From: Mytilus edulis
Lineage: Eukaryota
Assembly (NCBI RefSeq): GCF_963676685.1
Contig: NC_092344.1
Location: 111,600,001-111,664,000, forward strand
Length of the DNA: 64,000 nucleotides
Direction: 5' to 3'
In this document: positions 24,331 through 38,171 of the stretch, piece by piece
How positions within the stretch are numbered: position 1 is the stretch's first letter
Layout: each line of letters opens with the position of its first letter
The notes under the pieces: model-generated
Seen by the model: the letters and a program-made list of their open reading frames with translations, nothing else
Database searches by the model: none
Told to the model about the DNA's origin: nothing
Position numbers and translations under genes: made by a program

Positions 24331-26205
24331 ACAGGTACGTAAATGGCTTGTCCTGCGATTTTTAAAAGAAATTGTATGCACGTAGAACTTATTGAAAGAT
24401 AATGAAAAATCGAAAAATTTAAGTTGGTCACCGATCTAATTTCCGAGTTCCAGGCATTTGAAAATGGTAATGAAACAACATAAAGTACATAGACATAACG
24501 TCTTTAAACCAAAAATAAGAAATTCCAAGCTTTATTTATTCTGCAGTTTAAACCAATCCTACGATTTTTCTATAAAAATGAAATGTTTTTTGGGTATTAT
24601 TTTCCTTTCTTTTGATATATAATTTTCATGGGGTTACCGAACTCCTTTTTCATATATCAGCCGTTGAAAGAGTGTTGTTGACGGGAAAAGAGAGAAAAAT
24701 CATGACGTCGCCTAAAGGATTACGCAACGTCAAGGCTATTTCAGCAAAATTGTAAAGACAACTACTGTCTCATTTTAATTTGTTTGGCTATTCAATTGCG
24801 CTGTAGAGCATATTATCCTGGAAAAAGGATTGATTACCTATTATTTTTTTTTTCAGTGATTATACGAGGTCCTAAGTATTTATAACATATTTCTGGAAAG
24901 ATTAAAAACACAATGTTTAAGAACATATGTTTATAAACTTATTGAACAGAAACAATAAAATATCTTTCATTAAAATAGATTCTCCGAATGAAGAGATACA
25001 TCTAATGTTCACATATTCGACCACAATAATTGCTGCTTCACAATATTGGAGGCGAAATATACCGCGCAACGGGAAATTGAAACTTATAAGCCGAAAACAT
25101 AATGACAATGTCTTGTGAAAAAAACGAAAAACGTCCAAAGGACAAACAATGGTAAATATATGGGAATTGTAGGCAAAAGACCAACAAAAAGAATATTTCA
25201 AAGTTTGTTGCATATTATCCCTACTTTTTTCTCCATCGTTGGTTTTGTTCCGTTATTATAGTGCGGACAGTGCATAGATGTGAATATCTAAATACAAATG
25301 TATATAAATTTCAACTTATTTATCTTTTTGTTATTCGGCTTCACCGCGGTTGACAATGTTTTCTCGGGATACCAATCTGCTCTAAGTCTATCCCCCACTC
25401 AGCTATGTGTTGTTATAAATTGTTCAACATAGACTTTGAACACACTTTACATGACGTTCAGATAAATGTATCCAGTCTATATTTTGTGAGTTGTAGTGAT
25501 CAAGCTTACAATGTACTGAATAGAAAAGCTGCGTGTGATTTTGAAGAACCGTCTTCGAGGGATTTTAACGTACGTATTAGATGTTGCAGAGATTGGAAAT
25601 CGCCAACAGCTTTAGGACCTCGTAATTTATGCCAACAATATTCCTGTTAGTAGTTTTGCGAAAATTTGAGAAGAAATACGTAAAGCAAAAATAAAAACTC
25701 TAATTCTATTTTTATAGCAGCATTTGCACATGTATAAATATATAAACAGTATCAACTGAAATCGAAATAACTGTAATTCCGAAATTTTGCGCAATTTGAA
25801 ATGAATTGATTGATGCAGGCAGACATTTCTATATCTTCAGTATAATATATATATACTTTGCTAATTTTTTTATTTTTGAAGTGGCGGTAAAGCCGTAATT
25901 TTCAATCAGCGGATCTATATTTTTCCCTGCCGCTTTTTCATGCTGGGCCGAGCTTGTAATTCAAAATGTTCCATTCAATTCAAATTGACGGAAAAGCAAC
26001 GTGTATTCATTTCTTTTAAATTTTCGTTCATTTTGAAAGACAGTTTTACTTCGGAGTTCCCGTTTGTTCATGCGATAGAGAAAAAACAAATCCGGGTTAC
26101 AAACTAAAACTGAGGGAATCGCATCAAATATAAGAGGAGAACAACGACACAACAAAAACACAACATTAAAATGTAACACACGCAGAAACGAACTATAATA
26201 TAACA

Positions 26206-26300
26206 ATGGCAATTTTCCTGACATTACAGGACATTTTAAGAAAAAAATGGTGGGTTAAACCTGGTTTTGTGGCATACCAAACCTCCAGCTTTTATGGCAA
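26206..26300 (-). ncRNA. Decayed P5-type twister, third family (GAGGU/UACC type)
   Basis: Minus strand: GCUG GAGGU UUGGUAUGCCA CA AAACCAGGUU U^AA CCCACC AUUUU..AAAAU GU CCUG UAAUGU CAGG. Confidence 0.6.
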
Positions 26301-26423
26301 TGTTAAATATTACATTAAAATGAAAACATTACATGACAGGACTACAATACAAATAAATGGGAAAACATATAGGACAGAGAAACACGAATAATAGCTAACA
26401 AAAGGTACCAGGTTTAGAATTTG

Positions 26424-26472
26424 ATACGCCAGACGTGCGTTTCGTCCACACAAGACTAACGAGTGACGCCCA
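26424..26472 (-). ncRNA. Minimal type I hammerhead remnant with a mutated core
   Basis: Minus strand: GGCGUCA CUCGUUA GUCU UGUGU GGAC GAAA CGCAC GUC UGGCGU. Stems I and II pair, but CUGAUGA is altered. Confidence 0.65.
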
Positions 26473-28105
26473 GATGAAAAAAGTTCGAAACCCAAAACAA
26501 GTACAAAGTTGAAGAGCACTGAGGACCAAAAGTTCCAAAACGTTGTGCCCAATACCGATAGGGTTTTCTGCCTGGGATAAGAAAATCCTCATTACTTAGA
26601 ATAATTTATACTTTTGCAAACAGTAAATTTTATAAAATAACTATATAACAGATATACATGATAAAACCGAAGTGGTGACTAAATACAGAATAAAAACAGA
26701 TACAATACAGAAAAACAACCTAATCCAGCACATAAAAATACACAGCCGAGTTAGCTAAAGCCATCAACGCACAAAGTGACGTCACATTTGAAATTCTAAA
26801 AAAAACCCACACAAAGTGACGTCACATTTTAATTTCTAAAAATATTTCCCAAAAATAAGATAGAATTAGGATTGAATCAAGATTAATTTGTAATACTGGT
26901 ATTACATTTATTAATAAAAATGCAAATAACAATACTTATTAATATCAAACTGTGATAGTAATTAGATAATTAATTGTATTATCTAGCTATTTCAATGTTT
27001 CATCTGAATCAAACTGTAAACCAAATATATCGTATAAATTTCGTTGACGCAAACTAAAATATAAAAACAAAAATCTGGTAGGTGATTTCAGAGACGAACA
27101 AATCTAGATATAGGAATATGTGGTGTGAGAGGTCTTTTTAAAAAATGAGATAATTTCAGAGGCGCACAAACCCAGGTTTCCGAATTTTGAGAAGCTCTAC
27201 AATACGATTTTAGTTCTCTGCTATAAGAAGGCATGTAAGCGTCAAAGCTTACACTATTTATATAATACAATCGTTTGTCGGATTTTCTCTTTAATTAGGT
27301 AAACGCTGTTTATATAGAGAATCTATCGAGATAGACGCTCAAAATGTCTTAGATGCATGATCTTTTTTGTTAAGGGTTTTGAAGTACTCTCAGATATGTA
27401 TTTAATGTTTTTTTGTTGATTGGATGTAGATGTACTCTACCACGTCCAATCTGTGTTTTTGTTAGAAGCTTTTCTATTTGTATCCATCTGATAGTTAAGC
27501 CTTTTTAACTGTTTTTTTGTTGTTGTACTATTACAACGCTGTCTCAGGTTAGGGGGATGATTGGTGCCTTCAAACTTGTGTGGCTCCGCAACATTCTGTA
27601 TGTGTATGACCCAAGTCAGGAGCCTGTAATTCAGTGGTTGTCATTTGTTGTTGAGTATCATTTTTGTTTTTGTTCATTACTTTTTACATAAAGTATACCG
27701 TTAGTTTTCTTGATTGAATTGTTAAATGTTATTTAGGGGCCTGTTATAGCTGACTTTGTGGTAAAGGATTTGCTCATTGTTGAATGCCGTATGGTGACAT
27801 ATGGTTGTTATTTTCTATGTCATTTGGTTTCTTGTGGAAAATTGTCTCATTGGTTATTATACCGCATCTTATTTTTAGATTAAGTTCGTTCCTCCATTGG
27901 ATTCACAACTTTAATAATAAGTAGATGCCTACCTTAAAAGTCCTTTGAACTTCATTACCTGACAGACTTAATCAGGTAGCTTCCACTGTTCTACTATCAT
28001 TATTAGGATTAAAATTGGCAACGTGTTATCAAAACCAAATAGTTTTATTTTATTTAAACAGTTTATGATATGAAATTAAAATCTTATACATTAAAATGAA
28101 TCAGG

Positions 28106-31100
28106 TCATTCGGAAGCCGCCGGATCAAACAATCTTTTCTTTTCTCCTTTAGTGAATTTATAACCTGAAGGTAGAAATTCAAATTTAGTAGAAGTCCTTT
28201 CTTTTGTTGTAGCATTTACGTAGGTTCCAATCATTTCAGTTCCCGCCACTTTTAGTTCTACCCACCCAAATACCTGTTCAGGCCACTGTCCTCCAGATGG
28301 TTTCACGTGAATAACGGCGTGTTTTTGGCAGCCTTCATCTGTTACAAACTTTGGATCTGGCTTATCAGAAATGTATATTTCTGCCCTGAGCGGATGTGTT
28401 CGTCTACATTGGGAAGCAGAAGTGACAAAAGTGTCATTCAGTTCAATTTGTTCAATATCCCCGACCTTAACATCCTGATCTGCTTTAAAACAAACATGAA
28501 AAACATGGCGGCACCACTCTTCATTATCCCAAGTATATCGTTTGCTTTCAGGATGAGCCCCTGTTTTGAATGGAACACTTAAACTTACACCATATGTATA
28601 GTTACATACTCGTGAAGCAACAATGTTTGGATTATGTCCATAAATGACAGCACCTTTAAGAACTGATAAACCTCCATCTACCGGAACAAAAACATCTAAT
28701 TCTGGAAATGCTTTTTTAACAGCATCTTGTAAAACTTCAGACTCTGAGAACCCACCAACCATCATTATAGCTGAGACATCTTCACAACGTGGATGGTTGA
28801 GAACAGATTTGATTTCTTCGACTGTCAGATTACATGATTCATTGAAGAATGTTAGAAACAAATCGGGTTTTATAAACATTTTATCACGTTTTGTGCTTAT
28901 TTTATCTTTAAAAGTCGATTCGTTTATTATACTCTCAATCGAACTATCTTCAGAATCGGCTATAATATCTTTTAGTGAAACAGGAAATCTAGTATTAACA
29001 GTTTCTTTACTGTTTAATTTATATGTCTTCTTTTTACGCTCAAAATCTCTCATCATTTCATTATAATCTGCTCCTTGTTCCTTTTTAAATTGTTTTAAAA
29101 CAGGACCCCCAACCAGCTTTGTTAGAACGATTCTATATTTCTCATTTACCATTTCACCACCCCAAGAGCCTCCACATACTTTGTGAATGATTTTTAATTC
29201 TCCATTCGGTGCGACTTCTTGAGTAGAAATATCAACTGTACCGCCTACAATATATTAATTAAACTATTATACGGTTTGGTATTTTACAATATAGACTTCT
29301 ATGTTTAAAATTCTTGTTTGAATAGAACATTTAAAACACAAAAAATAGATTATCAAGATCTATGTTTTAACAATATTTGATATTTCAACTTGATAATTCA
29401 GTAGTTCATTGACGATACAAAACACAGGGAAATCTCTCTAACTTGTACCAGAATTATACTTTTCAATTGACAATCATCTTCAGAATAAAATGCCTGTACC
29501 AAATCAGGAATATGGCAGTTAAGGATTTTCCTTTTTTAAATTTCCTCGGAGTTCTGTGATTTTTCTTTTTTAATATTCTCGTCTCTGTAAAAAAGGTCTT
29601 ACCTCCAGCATCTACAACAATGAATTTGGTTCCTGGATCAAAAGTCTTCAGAATAGTTGACTTGTTTTCGCCTATGAATTTTTCAACTGGCAATAGCCTG
29701 GCATAAACAGATGCAGCTTCTGGTTCGAACACAATGGAAAACATATCACCATGTATACCTGCCTGAAGGATAATCAGTTTTATTGTTAGTATATTCAATA
29801 TGTAATCCTAGGTATACTTGATGTTTATTGTTTATAGTTAGCTTTTGTATATTAAAACATAGCAGTTATCAGAATTTTCAATAGTGATTAGTAAGATCTT
29901 CCATCCTAAACGTAAGTTTGCCAACATGTGATATTAAAGCTTTTGTTCTATCTTGTTCCTGGAAATTTTCAGTTACATAGGCGAGCATCAATCACTTAGA
30001 CATTAATATGCCAGAACTTTCATCAACAACTTAGTTGATGAGTACGACGAAAAACTATTTCAACAAATATTTGGTATTTCATTGGATACTTATTATATTG
30101 GTTTGTAGCAGAATTCAAAATAAATCTTCTCAAGAGATAAAATAGAAACCGTATTGCCAAGTTGTTTAATTTCTCGTTTTAAAGATATATTGAAAATGCC
30201 ATGTGCCTAAAAAAAACTACAGATCATTAAGTGCTTGTATCGCAGTTAAGGTGACATTGAGGACAGAACACACAAATAGAAGATAAGCTTCCTATCTTGT
30301 TTTCTATATAGATGAACGACTTCAAATTAGGATTGATAACAAATGTGTTAACTTTGCATGATTACCCTGTCAATTCACCTGGTCAAGTTCCATATCGAGT
30401 TCGTGTAATTTCCTCTTTTATTAATTCTGATTTATATATTCTTTATGCATTTAAACTATCATTTTCTCTTTTTTTTGAATCAATGGGAGCACTTCACAGT
30501 CATAATTTTATTTGTATCAGAAGCACCATTACATACCACATAGAAAGCAATTGCTCGCTTATTTGCCTTACATATTACGAGGACCATTTGCTTGCTATTT
30601 AGTTCTTATTAAGGGCAAACGATACAGTTACAGGGGAGGTAATGACGTTGCTAACGTAAAATGTTATTTTCGCGATGTCAAACTATGACATATCGGGAAA
30701 AGATGCATTTTTCGACTATTTTTTATCATTCAAACTGATTTAATTTGAAAACGAGTGCATGGACCCCTATTTTTAAAACGACATTTTGTTTCATTCTGAA
30801 GGGAGATTAATGTAGACCAAATTTTATAAAACTGTAAATAGAGGAATTTTTTTAATTTTGATAAATATACAGCAAAAATATACGACTTTTTCTTAATTCA
30901 TGACCATTTGATAAACATGAGTTATTTCTGAATAAAAAATGCATAATTTTTTAGGATACTTATAAAATACAAAAAATATAAATTATCTAACAAAAAACAA
31001 TTTGTGTTTATCTTTTAAAACAAAAAAGTTATGGCTTTCTTTCGAAAGAGAAAATACGGCCACAAATCCGAATTTTGAGCAAATATACAAAATTTCGACC

Positions 31101-33783
31101 TCATTTAACTCAAAAAGTAGCACATGAAGGTATATTCTTTATTACATATTTGATTTAAGCAGGCAAAAACTAGACTATATGGAAATTTTCATCAAACTGT
31201 AAATACAGGATCAAAACTGTATCGTATGCCTTAAACAGGACACATTTGGTACTCACTTCTTCTGCTGCATCTCTCATAAACTGTTTACATGCATCATTCC
31301 ATATAGCTGGGACGGTTATAACCCATTCTATATCATTTGCATCAACTCCAATATTTCTTTCTTCAAATTGGTCAAGTAAATGTTTTCGGAGGTACTGAAT
31401 GGCTAGTTTTATAACTAATTTGGCTGATATAGATTTACCATTGATGTCTTTCATTTCAAAATCTTTTCGTATATCCTGAAAAGCAATTTATAACATAACT
31501 TGTATATTTATTGTAATTAAGGAAAAACATATTTGAACATGAGAACAATTGAGGTATTTTTTGAAGCTTTGTGGTGATACAATTCTTATAATTACTACCA
31601 GAAGTTCGTGCTTATCATATATTTAAACGGTATTCAATCGTCACTGTATTAAATCGTTAAACGATAAATTTACCTATCAGGAACTCGAAAGATAGTCTTA
31701 AATTTGATTTAAGGAATTTAAATATCAGTGAAAATAGAATAAGTATTGATGCATACAGATTTCTGTATATACCATATGTATTAACATAGCTTTCATAATG
31801 TAATGTTGATATAAGAGTCTCCTTCAATCCTGCACAATACGTACTATTCAAAAGCATGTAATTCAAATTCTGACGGTTACGTAAGTAATGAAGAGAACAG
31901 AGTTCAATTCAGTTCAATTTCAAACATAATCACTAGATTCATAAAATGCACAAGATTGTATAATATATAAGCAAACGAGATCTTTACAATAATACAAGTG
32001 AGATCCACACGATTAAACAATTTATTGGTCTTTTAAGTAGAATAATTTCTTGTTGCTTAGTTCTTTAGTTTCTATGTTGTGTCTTGTGTACTATTATTTG
32101 TCTGTTTGTCTTTTTCATTTTTAGCGTTGTCAGTTTATTTCCGATCTATGTGCTTGACTGTCCCTCTGGTATCTTTCGCCCCTGTTTTAGAGTTATCTGA
32201 ATTCACTTTATTCGTTAAACTTGAACCATAGTGCAAGAAACGAAATTAAAAAAAGAATTCATATTTTTAAATGCAATGATTCTGTTGATTCTGCACTGTG
32301 TTCACCTTAGACTGAATCTTGATCAAATACAACAGATTTAGCAAACATATATGATTTCAATTTGGATGTAACATTTAATACTGACTGTGCTGGATAAAAT
32401 CAAGAAGACGGAACAGTATGTCAGTCATTAATTATTCTATTAATACAAATTTTAAAAAACATTTTCTACCGCAACAACTGCTACCACTACAACTACGAAG
32501 ATATAGAAGAAATGGTACCAGTTATACACTATATAGAATACCCGGTTCTATGATCAAAGCTCACAACATATTATTACAACTTCTTGTAACGTCAATGATT
32601 TACTAAGGGAAAACCCCTCAAAATAATCCGACCACAAATCAAATAACACTCTTTAACTTCGTACTTTATTTGAAAATAACACTTTTTTATTCTAACAGAA
32701 CTGCTGAGTCTTACGTAGACGAAACGCATCTGGCTTACACCTTTATAAATCTTGTATCTTTGCTTTGCTGAGCATTTTCAACAACTTGTACTGTGGATTC
32801 ATTTATCTTCGTGGGTACCAATTTTCGTGGATAAGGGAAAACTTGCATTTGACAAGACTATAGCAAATTTCTCATTCGTGGAACATTTAATTTTGTGGTT
32901 CACCTGTAACCACGAAATCCACGAAAATTGGTATCCAACGAAATTTAATGAATCCACAGTAATAAGGGATTAAGGAGGAGTTGTGAGGTGAGGGTGCAAC
33001 ATAGGTATTCCCAAATATTAAGCACTGGTAGTGTGTATACTGTGATAAGGAAAATCCTTAAAAATGTATTACCTAAAGCGGTTCAGCAGCGCTGCAGTAG
33101 GAGATACCAAAGTAAACAGTAAAACGAACGAAACATGCGACAAAAGAACAAGCGGACGTACGAAATCTTTTAGTACATAAACGGTACAAATTGTACTCAA
33201 ATAGATGCACGTTACGACAATAAATGTCTCTTCAAGGTGGTAATTTAATTAACTATATAACTCCAGCTTTTCAAAGCGAGGGTATGTACGATAACAAAAA
33301 AACTTATCATTCCATTCATGTATACATATATCAGAGCAACAGTAGATAAGTACTTATTGATTATTGATAGATAACATATATAACCAAATTGAATTCCGTC
33401 TAATATCAATCATTGGAGAACCTTTCCATAATATAAATAGGATTATAAAACAAACGGTTTACCTTTTCTTCCAACACTGCTCTATACAATTTCATTTTGA
33501 AACCCTTCAAATAGTACCATGCATTCTGTTCATTGTCTTCACAGATAACCGAGTAGCGGTCTTCTGCATCATGTCCGAAAGCCACCAAATTTTTATTGGA
33601 GTCAAGCAGCATGGCAGAAGGAGTCTTATAAAAACTATCGCCCCCGCTTTCTGGGGACCACATTGGTGACGATACATCAATTGGGTTAGCTTCAAATTGA
33701 TGTCGAAAAGAGAAAGCGTAACCAGATCCGTGGCTCCCAAAGTCTATTGCTGCAACAACCAATCTTGTTTTGACTTTCGACAT
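28106..33783 (-). CDS. HSPA12: HSPA12-like protein B (612 aa); exons 33783-33463, 31475-31257, 29762-29603, 29244-28106
   Basis: The spliced frame is open with GT-AG introns of phase 0, 0, 1. Motifs IDFGSHGSGYAFS, WVITVPAIW, FEPEAAS, VDAGGGTVD, MVGGFSES and VLKGAVIYG. Confidence 0.93.
30015..30400 (+). mobile_element. Highly degenerate PLE RT fragment in intron 2 of gene B
   Basis: FINNLV..KLFQQIFGIS, IAKLFNFSF and RYIE remnants. Confidence 0.6.
30613..31230. mobile_element. Kolobok-like non-autonomous DNA transposon in intron 2 of gene B
   Basis: TIR GGCAAACGATACAGTT / AACTGTATCGTATGCC with TTAA on both flanks. Confidence 0.75.
32701..32735 (+). ncRNA. Degenerate minimal hammerhead motif
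   Basis: CUGCUGA GUCU UACGU AGAC GAAA CGC AUC UGGC. Core A6 is changed to C and the 5' strand of stem I is lost. Confidence 0.55.
32791..32959. mobile_element. Tc1/mariner-type MITE
   Basis: TIR CTGTGGATTCATT / AATGAATCCACAG with TA on both sides. A related copy is at 40511-40719. Confidence 0.75.
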
Positions 33784-36269
33784 CCCGTTTTAAGTATAAG
33801 TTCCTTAAATTGTAATAGTGTATTTCAGTCTCAAGATATAATCTACATACAAGTTTGCTACTTGTCACCCATGAAGTTTAATTATTGAAATATACAGCAT
33901 TGAACTTAAATTTTATTGATTGACAGCCCCAGTAGATTTAAATTTGTCATATCTGATTATTTGATATACGTAATAAGAGGTTGTAAAAGGAAATATGCTA
34001 TCAATCGTGAAGAATTTCACAAAAATATTTCGTACTAAAATATATACCATAGGAAGTTAAAAAACAAGAGCCATTTAAAACCTTAATTACATTATGCTAC
34101 TGTACCTTGAGTTGTGAAGAGTTCTGTCGTGACGTCATATGACCATTAGAAGGACAAGGAAGTTGATAACATCCGTGACTGACGAGCTGGAACTTGCTTA
34201 CAGACTTTGGAACTGGATCATTCTCAGGTAATTAATGAATTGCAGTTACTTTCATTTTTACTTTATACTAATTAGTTTTCGAAATGTAGAAATGGTCAAA
34301 TTGTATAGATTATCTAAAATACGAAGTGGCATAAAATCACAGTTGAACGTTTATATTTATATATGATCCACTGGAGGGAATAAATTATTAGACTGATAAA
34401 CCTTTTAAATTCTTGTAACTTTATAGAAATGTGTAACGAATATTTATTATCAGATATGATATTTAAATTTAAATTATTTGAAATAGCACATATAATTAGG
34501 TATGTGTTCTAATTCATAAAATGAAAACATACTTTACACATAATTCTCTATGAACAAAAAAATTCGCTTGAGGGATAAAATATTCGGACTAACACACAAG
34601 GGAATCGCTACAATGCAAAGGTACATATGTTTTTATATTAAATAAGCTTTTTACATAACTTGCTACTAATTCTGAGACTAAACAGAAACTAACATTAGCG
34701 TGACATTGTGGACATCTGATCTTAAATAAAGGCATCAATAGTATAACGCTGTTAAATTGTCATAAATCAATTTAACTGAAACAAATTCGGCTCTCAAATC
34801 AAAACAGAGGGAAACGCACCAACTATAAGAGGAAAAACAACGGAACAACAGAACCACTAAACTGTTACAAAAACAACCCAAAACATAAACGGCAACATTA
34901 ATAAACACGTTCTATTTGATAACAACTGCCGTATCCTTGACTTGGTACACGACAAACGTCAACGTCTACATATCTAAAGAAGCATAAGGGGGGGCTATTA
35001 TCAAAATGTGTATTATCAAAAGTTGCTGAATTATCTAATGAACTGAAGTAAGTTACTTTACATAAATACATATTGTATTTAGTGTTTTGAACACTGATTT
35101 GAATATCGCATGTTATATTTTTCAAAAAACACTCAGGTCGAATGTGAAAAATGTCAAATGTTTGACTTATATAATTTAAAATAAAACCTCTCTAGTGATA
35201 AGATAACTGAACTAGTACTCACTCCGATGCTGACCATCAATTCACAACCATCACTTAATAAGATACCAGTAAATTCCCTTTTCCTCAAATGTGACTTACG
35301 GAATTAGACGTCTTACTGGGTTAGTATTAACATGAGTAACATGGGTGCCACATGTCGAGCAAGATCTGCTTATTCCCCTGAAGTACCTGATATCAACCCT
35401 CGTTTTCTATGTTATGTTTTTTGTACTTTTGTTTGTCGGTTGGATTTTTTTAGCCATGGTATTATCAGTTTATTTTATGAGTTTGAATGTCCCTTTTGTA
35501 TCTTTCGCGCCCCTTTTAGTAATAAGGAGTAAAATGCAATGCTAAATTATGTTAAATCCACACTGAACATATCATAGAATGGATTTCAATTAGAATGATA
35601 TCTCATTTGTACTTGCACTATATATCTATATTACTGAAGCGATAAGGTTTTGTTTTCCCTTCTTCTTTACCGTTTCTAATAGCTCATAAGAGAACTTGGC
35701 ACTCACACCACATCTTACTATATCTATTGCACGGGTCCCTTATTTTGATACAAGCACGGTCTCGTAAGAATGGCATGTTTAACCGTTATGAATTTAAACA
35801 ACAACAATCATGTCCTCTTCATCAATTCTTTATACACAAAATTTGCAATGTCAAAAATACAAATATCATATAAAGTATTCAGCCTAGTCACATGAGTATT
35901 GAAATATAAAACAGAAGAAATATTAATGCATACTCATACATTTCATTTATCACACGAGATCACACATCATTTAATGTAACTTTACAATTTTTTAGCAAAT
36001 GTTTTGAAGTTTTAACCTACTTTTATTGGTATGGTTTCAATATCTCCTAAATTTTACCATATCCATTTTATAAAGATTTTATTGTTTATCAGTAAATTTA
36101 ATAGTTTTATATGCAATTTTTCCAAAATCTGTTTGTTTTATGATTTTATAACATGGGCTTTCAGATTTTATTGTTAATACTTACATATGTTAATGTATAT
36201 ATGTTTTAAAGCGCTTAGGGTAATTTTAATATTATAAATAGTTATCAAAGGTACCAGGATATAATTTAG

Positions 36270-36316
36270 TATGCCAGACGCGCGTTTCGTCTACATAAGA
36301 CTCATCAGTGATGCTC
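36270..36316 (-). ncRNA. Minimal type I hammerhead ribozyme (PLE/retrozyme type) with intact core
   Basis: Minus strand: GCAUCA CUGAUGA GUCU-UAUGU-AGAC GAA ACGCGCGU C^UGGCAU. Stem III is a perfect 8-nt palindrome. Stem I is weakened by two CG-to-CA changes. Confidence 0.85.
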
Positions 36317-37486
36317 ATATCAAAATAGTTATAAAGCCAAACAAGTACAAAGTTGAAGAGCATTGAGGATCCAAAAGCTGTTATAAATACTGTATAATAA
36401 TGATAAATAATAATTCACATTGTGGCATATCATATCAAACTCTGGGGTACTCTTCATTATTCATTGAAAAAAGCAATTTGAATTACCAAACCAGAAAAAA
36501 AATCAACCTTTGGAACAAATGGAAAATTACGATCCTAATCAGGGGCCCTACTTTGTTATGTGTTCTACATTTGGAAGTCGGCTTTATTTTGAAGATATAA
36601 CATATTAAGCAAAATGTATACAATATCACGAATATAAATTTAATGTTAAAGCAACTTGATTAAAAGACTGGGGACTAACTGTGCACCACTTATTGCGGAC
36701 CTGTTTTTGTATTGTTATGAGTTACAATTTATGACTAAAATTAGCAAAGACCCATCAAAACAACATTTGATACAAAAATTTAACAATACTTTTAGATATT
36801 TGGATGATATATTGGCTCTAAATAATGACGACTTCAGTATGTATACTAAAGAAATTTATCCTGTAGAACTTACTTTAAATAAAGCTAATGATAACAATGA
36901 CCACTGCCCTTTCCTCGATCTTGATATCTATATCATAAACGAGAAGCTTAATACAAAAATTTATGATAAAAGAGATGATTTTTCATTTCCTATTGTTAAT
37001 TATCCATTTTTAGATGGTGACGTTCCCTTGTCACCATCTTATGGTGTTTATATATCTCAACTTGTACGATTCGCTCGTGTATGTAACAATGTATTAGATT
37101 TTAGCGAGAGAAATTTATGTATTACTGAAAAATTATTACACCAGGGTTTTCGATATCACAAACTGGTCAAAACATTTACTAAATTTTATCACCGGTATAA
37201 GGAAATAATTCGTAAATATAACTCAACATGCAGACATCTTATACGTTCAGGTATTTCACATCCAAAATTTTATGGAAATATTCTTTATAAAGCACAAAAA
37301 TGTCAGTATTCTCCTCAGAAACTAACAAAACCTTTAAATAGACTTATTAAAAGGGGATATAGTTACGATACTGTTGTCAGGTCATTAAAGATTGCATATT
37401 TTGGCTTTAACATTGATTCACTGATAGGGTCTTTGCATCGGAACTAAACACATTTATTTCTAAAAAAACAGTTGTTGGCATGACAC

Positions 37487-37581
37487 GGGTTATGTTCTTC
37501 TCATATATTTTATGATAGTATGATACTAAACCCCTAACGGGAGGGATTGTACCTGATATTCATATGATGAAGACATAATCT
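37487..37581 (+). promoter_or_regulatory. Type II SECIS element (copy 3)
   Basis: Same sequence as 5303-5397, with AUGA at 37512-37515. It starts about 40 nt after the ORF stop. Confidence 0.75.
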
Positions 37582-37762
37582 TTCAATCAGTTTAATTGAG
37601 GTCTGGAGCTGGCATGTCAGTTAACTGCTAGTAGTCTGTTGTTATTTATGTATTATTGTCATTTTATTTATTTTCTTTTGTTACATCTTTTGACATCAGA
37701 CTCGGACTTCTCTTGAACTGAATTTTAATGTGCGTATTGTTATTGTTTTACTTTTCTACATT

Positions 37763-37853
37763 GGCTAGAGGTATAGGGGGAGGGTTGAGATCTCATAAAC
37801 ATGTTTAACCCCGCCGCAATTTTGCGCCTGTCCCAAGTCAGGAGCCTCTGGCC
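37763..37853 (+). ncRNA. P5-type twister ribozyme, copy 3; predicted cleavage U37806/A37807
   Basis: Identical to 5579-5669. Confidence 0.85.
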
Positions 37854-38171
37854 TTTGTTAGTCTTGTATGATTTTAAATTTTAGTTTCTTGTGTATAATT
37901 CGGAGTTTAGTATGACGTCCATTATCACTGTACTATTATGCATATTTTAGGGGCCAGCTGAAGGACACCTACGGGTGCGGGAATTCTCGCTACATTGAAG
38001 ACCCATTGGTTGCCTTCGGCTGTTGTTTGCTCTATGGTCGGGTGGTTGTCGCTTTGACATATTCACCATTTCCTTTCTCAATTTTATTTCAATTTAAATC
38101 TAGTATTATGACTAGTATTCTTAGAAATATTAAAGTAGAATGAATAACATTAAAAGAAATTCTGACGTCTG

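Larger units (their letters stand above)
36669..38086 (+). mobile_element. Penelope-like element (Naiad-type, subfamily B), 5'-truncated: RT C-terminus (stop 37447) plus 3' tail
   Basis: GTNCAPLIADLFLY, FRYLDDIL and YDKRDDF in an uninterrupted frame. The tail carries the SECIS, twister and multi-branch motif. Confidence 0.92.

Noticed and set aside
35335-35400. GGGTGCC...GTACCTGA motif as an HDV-like ribozyme
   Set aside because: It is probably a PLE-tail relic, but this copy is too decayed to build the nested double pseudoknot.
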